Source: Eledone cirrhosa
Taxonomy: Eukaryota
DNA length: 64,000 nt
Assembly: GCA_964016885.1 (NCBI GenBank)
Contig: OZ024746.1
Span: 29,140,001-29,204,000 of the forward strand
Direction of reading: 5' to 3'
Below the pieces are notes generated by a model that ran no database searches, was not told where the DNA came from, and saw only the letters and a program-made list of their open reading frames with translations. Made by a program: the position numbers and the translations under genes. How positions within the stretch are numbered: the stretch's first letter is position 1; the number at the start of each line of letters is the position of its first letter. Below are positions 56,509 through 64,000 of the stretch, in pieces.

Positions 56509-59500
56509 TCACCATCATCACCATCATTTTTACGTCTACTTTTCAATACTTGAATAGGTCGGACTTAATGGCCGTATGTTTCATCTTGGGTACTCTTTCA
56601 GTTGCACTTTCACAAGCCACATCTATGGGATCTGGGGCATGATATGCGAGGCCATATGCATTGATCAGACTGGCCAACAGATTTGCTGAACATCTCCGCA
56701 TTTCCTGTCACTCCAGCATCAGACCCACAGACAGATGTCCTCAGAGGAAACACAGACTTATTTCTTTTCTAAATACATCCACCCACTATGACCTCAATGT
56801 ACTGCTCTGGTTCCTCTATCTAATCTTCTTTTCCCATTGCATCCAGTACTCTCCTTCATCCATGTGCAAGGAAATACTCACACACACTTAAATACATACA
56901 TAAAAACACACACCATCAGCACATACACACACATTTCTCAGCATTGTATAGTATGGTTGCTATGACAATTTAACTGCTTTTGTTTTATTTATTTCTTCTT
57001 CAGGTAACCACCTTGAAGTTGAGTTTTTTTTTTTTTTTAATCAAATGATACATTTGTCTATAATACATACACAGACAAACCACAGTTACACAGTGTTCAT
57101 ACAGCCAGACACACTCAGACATTACAATGTATAGACCATTCCACAAAAAATTCATTGTTTTATGGGTTTATGTGATAAACAAACTAAATGTGTACTATAT
57201 AGCCCTGTATATAGAGGTACCCAACTACATATAAGAACTGGTAGTCCTGGTAGATGAAGATATAACCCTGTATATAGAGGTACCCAGCTACATAAAGGAA
57301 CTGGTAGTCCTGGTAGAAGAAGATATAACCTTGTATATAGAGGTACCCAGCTACATATAGGAACTGGTAGTCTTGGTAGGGGAAGATATAACCCTGTATA
57401 TAGAGGTACCCAGCTACATAAAGGAACTGGTAGTCCTGGTAGAAGAAGATATAACCCTGTATATAGAGGTACCCAGCTACATATAGGAACTGGTAGTCTT
57501 GGTAGGGGAAGATATAACCCTGTACATAGAGGTACCCAGCTACATATAGGAACTGGTAGTCTTGGTAGGGGAAGATATAACCCTGTATATAGAGGTACCC
57601 AGCTACATATAGGAACTGGTAGTCTTGGTAGGGGAAGATATAACCCTGTATATAGAGGTACCCAGCTACATATAGGAACTGGTAGTCTTGGTAGGGGAAG
57701 ATATAACCCTGTATATAGAGCTACCCAGCTACATATAGGAACTGGTAGTCCTGGTAGGGGAAGATATAACCCTGTATATAGAGGTACCCAACTACATATA
57801 AGAACTGGTAGTCCTGGTAGATGAAGATATAACCCTGTATATAGAGGTACCCAGCTACATAAAGGAACTGGTAATCCTGGTAGAAGAAGATATAACCCTG
57901 TATATAGAGGTACCCAGCTACATATAGGAACTGGTAGTCCTGGTAGAAGATATAACCCTGTATATAGAGGTACCTACCTGCATATAGGAACTGGTAGTTC
58001 TGGGGTTACGCCGTCGTCTCTGGTGTTTCTTTTTACTGAGATCATCTTTACTGTTTTCAGTTGGTTCTTTTGGCTTCTCCTCCTGTAACTAATAAGTAAT
58101 ATGACAATATAGACCTCATATTATAGATGGTAACATGACAGTGTGGATGTGTGTGCATGTGGAGATGTATGTGTGTGTGTGTGTGGTGGTAATATTTGTG
58201 GAGGTGTGTGTGGATGTTGGTGTGCATGTGTGTATGTGGTATAAAATATGTATATATATATATCTATATATATATTGAGTGTGTGGTGCAAAAAGTGTCC
58301 ATGTGTGTGTATGTTTGGTGTAAAGTGTGCATGTATTGTGTGAGGTATAAAGTTGATACATCTAAATGAAAATGTTAAACAGACTTGCTGACCTTTTCAG
58401 CAGGTGGTTCCAGTTCTTCTGGAGGTAGAGGTGGTGGTTCAAGGTAGCAACTGGTTGGTTGTCTCATCACATGGGTGTGGTAACATAATAGCCTGAGGGT
58501 GGGGGAGAGAGATATATATATGTTAGATATTTCATGGGTGTAATAACACAATAGCCTGTGAAGTGGGGGATAAATACATATGTATTATACGGGTCAGGAA
58601 CCATAATACCTGAGGGTGGGAGAGAGATATAATGCAGTAGATATTACGTGGGTGTGGTATCATAGTAACCAGGGGTGGGGGAAATATATTAGATATGATG
58701 TCAATATATTTAGATGAAGAATATATCACATAATAACTGTCATACATGGGTGTGATAACAGAGCTACATGGATGTGATAACAGTCCATAGGTGTGATACC
58801 AGTTACACAGGGGTGTGATAACATAGTTAATGATTCCTTTCTTCCTTTCACTTTCACTATTCAAGATGTCCTCCAAAGATTAAGGCAGAAACTAAAATAT
58901 TAGATAACCATGGCTACTATGTAGATAAGTTTCCTACCTGTATTGGTCGTCATATTTTAGCATCTTCTTCTCCATCTTGACAGCCCCAAAATATGTCCAA
59001 GACAACGGAGCAGGGTTCTTGGTTCCCTCAATTATTTCCCAAGGAGTTATTTTCACTTTAGAAGCAACTTGTAAACCCTATTGACTCAATCAGACATAAA
59101 AATACATAAAAATACATCCACAACATAATTACAATTATATAAACTAAATAGACAGTAAACAGTGATGATGATGAAAAAAACAAACAAAAGAAGGGAGAAA
59201 ATAGATGTTAATAGGTGATGATGAGGATGATGATAGACAAGAGAAAACTTACCTGTTTCCTGCCAATCGAATCAAAACCTGCAATTTTATAACCCTTTGT
59301 GTCTACTAGGGTTCCGTGAGGTTCACATGTAATCACTTCATAAACTTTCTTAGGTAGAGGTAGAAGTTGTCTCACTTTATCAATACAGGTGTTATTCTTA
59401 TCGCCAAGTTCCCGCTGAACAAACAAAAACAAAGTGAGAAGATAAACTTGGAAAATGTGTTGTAAAACAAAAGGATAAAAGGATTCTTCAGTTGTGTCAT

Positions 59501-62500
59501 GACAACCTCCCTAGTGTTGATGCCAGTACACTCTGTAAAGTGTTTGGCATTAACCCTTTAGCATTTAAACTGGCCATATTTGGCCAAAATTCTTTCACCT
59601 TTTCCTGTTCAAACCAATTGTAACTGGCCACTCATACTGATATTAAAGTATTGTTCTCAACATAAATAATATCAAAATCTCATAGATTCGATATTATTTA
59701 AGATATTATGTGAGATAAAGCCTTTACTGTGAAAATACAATAGAAAATATAGAGTAATGTGAATGCTAAAGGGTTAAGACGGTCATCCAGTTATAGAAAT
59801 TCTGCCTAACAAAAAGTCAAGAGAAGTCTACAGTTATGTCAAGGACAGGGCTACCTCCCTAGTACTGGTGCCACAATAAAATGCACCTAGACACTCAGTA
59901 AAGTGGATGATTTGAGGAAAGGTATCTAACAATAGAAAACTTGCCAAACTGTGTCGAGAGGACTCATCAGTTGTGTCAAGTGCACAACAACCTCACTGGT
60001 GCAGTCACCACGATAAAATGCACCTAGTACATTTGGTAAAGTGCTGAGAGATCAGTAATTCTGATTAAGTACTGACTTGGTCTATGACAACCTTTCTAAC
60101 TTATACCATAATGGGAGAATGGACGTTAGATGATAGTGGTGATGATGACAATGAAAATAATTGAATTACCAGTTTACTTACCTTTAATTTCTTAATAAGA
60201 TTCTGGTATGTTCGTTTATTGTCGTCTCCTTTCTCATTAGAATCTCCCAATAATGTACCATGGATCAATACATTTAACATATCTATTACTGTGGTGAACA
60301 GTTCACTGTGGAGGATTAGATAGGAAGAAACAGTGTTATATAGTGGTAGATATGTGGTAGAGGTGATGGTATTTTATGTAGTGTTGACAGTAGTGGAGAA
60401 GCAATACATTTAACATATTTATTACTGTGGTGAACAATTCACTGAGGAGCATTATATAGGAAGAAACATACAATGCTATATAGTGGTATATATGTAGTAG
60501 TGGTGATGGTAGAGATAGTTGTGGTGTTGATGGCTATATTGGTAGTGATTGAGGTAGTGATTGTGATAGTTGTAGTGGTAGTGATGGTAGGTTGCATAGT
60601 TAATTAATGTCAATGACTTACTAATTAGTTTGCATATCAACAACACCATGACTGATTAACTGTACCAGTAATACGGCCCAGTCACTGGTAGTGGCATTGT
60701 TTCTCTGGATTGTATCAAACATACCACCAACCTGAAAATATAATTAACAAATTAAATAAACAAAAAAAGTAATTAAGGTAACAGTAAATAGTTACACATA
60801 CCTTGGAGATCTTATAATGAGATAACCAAATAATTAAAGCTAATTAACATGCCTGTGCTGCTTCTTTTCCTATCATTAATCTCTCTATCATTCACCTCAA
60901 CCCCAGGGGCTTAAGGTTTTGTACAGACACTGACATCATAAAGTAGTTAGGAATCTTGAAACTTATAAGGCACATGGCAACCATGTTGGTGTTTGGTGCC
61001 ACAATAAAATACACCCACTACATTCTGTAAAGTGGTAGTGCTGGTGAAATGATAAAATACACACAGTACACCCTATAAAGTGATAGTGTTGGCGCCATGA
61101 TAAAATGCACCTAGTACACTCAACTAAAGTGGTGGTGCTAGTGCCATGATAAAATACACATAGTACCCTCTGTAAAGTGGTAGTGCTGGTACTATGATAA
61201 AACAGATCCAGTCAAACACTAACTTACCAAACTGAAATGTAACTGCAACAACAATAAGAACAATCACAACTTACCAAACTGAGACGTAACTGCAATGCTT
61301 CATTAAGATTCTGCCGTATTTTAGTCTCATCAGGACTTCGATCCTACAACAAAAGAAAAGCAATTGACAGAAATTACATAAAACAAGCAAAACTGGCATT
61401 TTTCATTAAAACTGGTAGTGAGACAGGAACATAACTGCTGGTTTGTGATGCTGGTTTAGAATAGAAACATAACTGCTAGATGGTGATGTTGATACCAGAA
61501 TAGAAACATAACTGCTAGATGGTGATGTTGATACCAGAATAGAAACATAACTGCTGGTTGGTGTTGATACCAGAATAGAAACATAACTGCTGGTTGGTGT
61601 TGATACCAGAATAGAAACATAACTGCTGGTTGGTGATGTTGATACCAGAATAAAAACATAACTGCTGGTTGGTGTTGATACCAGAATAGAAACATAACTG
61701 CTGGTTGGTGATGTTGATACCAGAATAGAAACATAACTGCTGGTTGATGTTGATACCAGAATAGAAACATAACTGTTGGTTGGTGATGTTGATATCAGAA
61801 TAGAAACATAATTGCTGGTTGTGATGTTGATCTTAGAATGGAAACATTCAGACGAAATACCAACAGCTATATTATTTAACATTCTCTCTAACAATTCTAC
61901 CAATCCACTGCCTACAACTGGCATCTTAGTAATCAACTCTGACACAATGAAAGGATTTAACCCTTTTGTTACCATATTCTTAATGAAAGGATGAAAGAAA
62001 CTCACCAATGATTAAATAATTTAGAAAATAATCCAAACTTTGAAGTGATATGACAACTTTTCTCATTATTAAACTACGGTGGATTGGCAGTATCGGTAGA
62101 GGTTCGGACGCCATGCGTTAACGCATAGAGTTACGGCCCTTGCCATTCTGAGTTCAAATCCCGCCAAGGTAAACTTTGCCTTTCATCCTTACGGGGTCGA
62201 TAAAATAAAGTACCAGTAATGTACTGGGTATTTCTGGCCTTGTGCCAATAGTAGAAACAATTATTAAACTAAGGTACTTACATAAAATTATGATAGAGGG
62301 TTTTTAGCTAAATATAAACACTTTAAAATAAACAGTTTTGTATCAGAGAATCAGGACTGGTTTCAAAAGGATTAAGCTCAAAGCCCTGGCTGCCAGAGAA
62401 AATATTGCAAATTATTTTATCAACTGTTCTAAATATTCTGCCAATTTGCTGGTTTATAAGAGACAAAGGAGGAAACAAGAATACATACCAATACTTCTTT

Positions 62501-62627
62501 GACATTGTTGATAAATTTTTCCAGTTGAAAATGAAGTGAAGATAAGAGACATTCACGTTGTTCATCCTGACCTTTCAGACATGTTAGGATCAATGACAGA
62601 AACGGTTGGTGACCCAGCAGCGATTTA
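52068..62627 (-). CDS. MED12: Mediator subunit 12 (MED12/kohtalo), 3' portion, 12 exons; the gene continues beyond the right edge of the window
   Basis: Spliced translation ([24 protein letters not shown]...[17 protein letters not shown]...[10 protein letters not shown]...RQLLPLPK...[24 protein letters not shown]...GLQV...PAPLSW...[10 protein letters not shown]) follows the metazoan MED12 C-terminal region in order as I recall it. All introns are GT-AG with matching phases, and the protein ends in a Q-rich tail. Confidence 0.95.
53160..53780 (+). mobile_element. Degraded R4/Dong-type LINE 3' fragment in a MED12 intron
   Basis: Translates to [11 protein letters not shown]...PLCRMCG...VSHIVSEC...[13 protein letters not shown] (zinc knuckle and RHD-like region). 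Confidence 0.75.
54005..54242 (-). CDS. MED12: MED12 exon ([21 protein letters not shown]...AAFNRGS)
   Basis: ttgtag| and |gtaggt; phase 1/2. Confidence 0.85.
55247..55570 (-). CDS. MED12: MED12 exon ([28 protein letters not shown]...HHMTQTQ)
   Basis: cattag| and |gtgagg; phase 1/1; lies within ORF 55224..55847. Confidence 0.85.
56267..56390 (-). CDS. MED12: MED12 exon ([41 protein letters not shown])
   Basis: gatgcag| and |gtaagt; phase 0/1. Confidence 0.82.
56660..56800 (+). mobile_element. Degraded Penelope-like GIY-YIG fragment in a MED12 intron
   Basis: [11 protein letters not shown]...RLISFLNT...DLN resembles the PLE endonuclease motif RLxxRFxEHxR...LIxxLxT..PxGLN. Confidence 0.55.
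57200..57997. repeat. 63-bp minisatellite, ~12.5 copies, overlapping a MED12 donor site
   Basis: aggaactggtag recurs at 57296, 57359, 57422, 57485 and onward. Confidence 0.9.
57978..58082 (-). CDS. MED12: MED12 exon ([35 protein letters not shown]), with a basic NLS-like stretch
   Basis: ttacag| and |gtaggt; 105 nt, phase 0/0. Confidence 0.85.
58393..58492 (-). CDS. MED12: MED12 exon ([33 protein letters not shown])
   Basis: ccctcag| and |gtcagc; 100 nt, phase 2/0. Confidence 0.9.
58938..59077 (-). CDS. MED12: MED12 exon ([46 protein letters not shown])
   Basis: caatag| and |gtagga; 140 nt, phase 0/2. Confidence 0.92.
59253..59414 (-). CDS. MED12: MED12 exon ([23 protein letters not shown]...FDSIGRKQ)
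   Basis: ttcag| and |gtaagt; 162 nt. Confidence 0.93.
59554..59773. mobile_element. 220-bp piggyBac-like MITE, same family in opposite orientation
   Basis: TTAA flanks and the same TIRs; the internal sequence is the reverse complement of the 50110 copy. Confidence 0.75.
60182..60305 (-). CDS. MED12: MED12 exon ([41 protein letters not shown])
   Basis: ccacag| and |gtaagt; 124 nt, phase 2/0. Confidence 0.92.
60622..60731 (-). CDS. MED12: MED12 exon ([36 protein letters not shown])
   Basis: ttttcag| and |gtaagt; 110 nt, phase 0/2. Confidence 0.92.
61275..61343 (-). CDS. MED12: MED12 exon ([23 protein letters not shown])
   Basis: Polypyrimidine tract plus tag| acceptor, |gtaagt donor, phase 0/0. 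Confidence 0.9.
61425..61830. repeat. 36-39-bp intronic minisatellite
   Basis: gataccagaatagaaacataactgctggttggt(gat)gtt units. Confidence 0.85.
62495..62627 (-). CDS. MED12: MED12 exon ([44 protein letters not shown])
   Basis: Acceptor gaacag|, donor |gtattg. An alternative in-frame donor gtatgt lies 6 nt further on. Confidence 0.88.
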
Positions 62628-63595
62628 CTGTTCACAAGGGAGAAAATAGAACACTAATTAGGCAATTATATCAGATATATTTTTTTTTTTTTCATATATA
62701 ATATACGGTCTTGTTGAGGGAGACCTGGCCAGTTGGCCACGCCATGCCTGGCTCATAAATACATTAGGTACTCAATACATTTCGAGAGAAGAAGCATATT
62801 TATTTTATATAGAAATGACTTCTACAAGACTACAAATATTTCATTCATATAAAATCATCAGGACATTCCGTACAATTTCACATGAATGAAACAGTTCAAG
62901 TCTTGTATAAGTCAATTCTAAAAAAATAAATAAATATATATATATCATCATTTAATTGTTTCTACTTTAGGCACAAGGCCAGCAATTACCCAGTGTAATT
63001 ACCCAGTACTTTATTATATATATATATCATCATTTAATGTCTATATTTCAGGTTTGCATAATTTAGACATGTCACATTATGAAACAAGTCAGTTGAGGTG
63101 ACGATGTCTAGCTCATATAGATCTGTTTAATATATATCATCATCGTTTTAACGTCTGCTTTCTCTGCTATCAAGGGTTGGACTAATATATATATATATCA
63201 TCATCATCATCATCATCATCATCAACGTTTAACGTCCGTGTTCCACGCTTGCATGGGTTTGGACGGGGGTAGTCCCACTTGAGGCAAGAGTGATTGTCTT
63301 GCTCGCATAGGACTGTCTGGCAGGTTTTCTACAGTTGGATGCCCTTCCTAACACCAACCACATTTACAGTGTGGGTCTGGGAGGTTTTTACCGTGTTGCC
63401 TACACGGCCACATTACAGCGTGGACTGTGTGTTTTTTTGTCGTGACACCTACACGATCTCATTTGTTTCGGCCTCGATGGCGCGGCACCAACATAACTTT
63501 ACATAGAACGGGGTGGTGTGGATGGGGTGGTGGTGGTGGGACGGGGTGTATTTTGTTAGAGATGCCTACTGGCTGGAGTAGGTTTTACTATATAT

Positions 63596-64000
63596 TTAGG
63601 TAAGGCGGGTCTTCTCTGTTACTGAGTACCGCCAAAGGTCTCGGTCCAGTGACATTGTCTTGGAGAGGTGTAAGTGTGTGATGTCGGAGTTTATCAGCTC
63701 GTCCCAGGTTTTTCTAGGTCTGCCTATTCCGTGACTACCGTCTATCTTTATTGCCCTGCACTTTGTTATACAGCTATCGACTTTCATGCGCATCACGTGT
63801 CCATACCAACGTAGCCTTCTCTCGAGTAAACAACATCTGATCCCTCTTATCTCTAATTTTTTCCTTAGTTCGTTTATGCTTTGCCGTTCACGTATATTAC
63901 TGTTACACATCCAGCGGAGCATGCAAGCTTCGTTCCTCTCTAGTCTGCGTATATCCTCTGCACACAATGCCCAGGTCTCACTGCCATGCAGCATTGCTGT
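63596..64000 (-). mobile_element. RTE-clade LINE 3' end
   Basis: LHGSETWAL...RRLRWYGHVMR...GRPRKTW. Confidence 0.85.

Noticed and set aside
61324-61334. CTGATGA on the minus strand
   Set aside because: It lies inside a MED12 coding exon (Pro-Asp-Glu codons) and has no HHR stems; a chance match.
61406-62008. 200-aa Ser/Thr-rich ORF in a MED12 intron
   Set aside because: Generated by a minisatellite; the flanking MED12 exons join in phase without it.

Overview
Eukaryotic, AT-rich, microsatellite-dense genomic DNA. The SINE/LINE repertoire and intron style suggest an octopod cephalopod (inference). The only clear host gene is the 3' part of MED12 on the minus strand: 12 GT-AG exons with consistent phases, 62627->52068, about 676 aa, ending in a polyQ tail. 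The rest is mostly repeats: more than 20 copies of one tRNA-derived SINE, a near-full-length but frameshifted R4/Dong-type RLE LINE (21.1-25.2 kb), RTE, Tx1-like and Ingi/Vingi-like LINE fragments, a deleted mariner, several MITEs and many minisatellites. The most notable signal is a dense population of short foldback (palindromic) micro-elements in (TA)n tracts that carry type I hammerhead ribozyme (HHR) folds. Several have all three stems formable and covarying stem II sequences, and three share a compensatory U3-A8 core (TTGANAA) in place of CTGANGA. One fold is attached to a Penelope-like GIY-YIG C-terminal reading frame with inverted pseudo-LTRs, which points to a Penelope-driven non-autonomous ribozyme-element system. 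In addition, five MED12 exon-intron junctions are tandemly duplicated. All folds were read by eye and have not been computed or tested.
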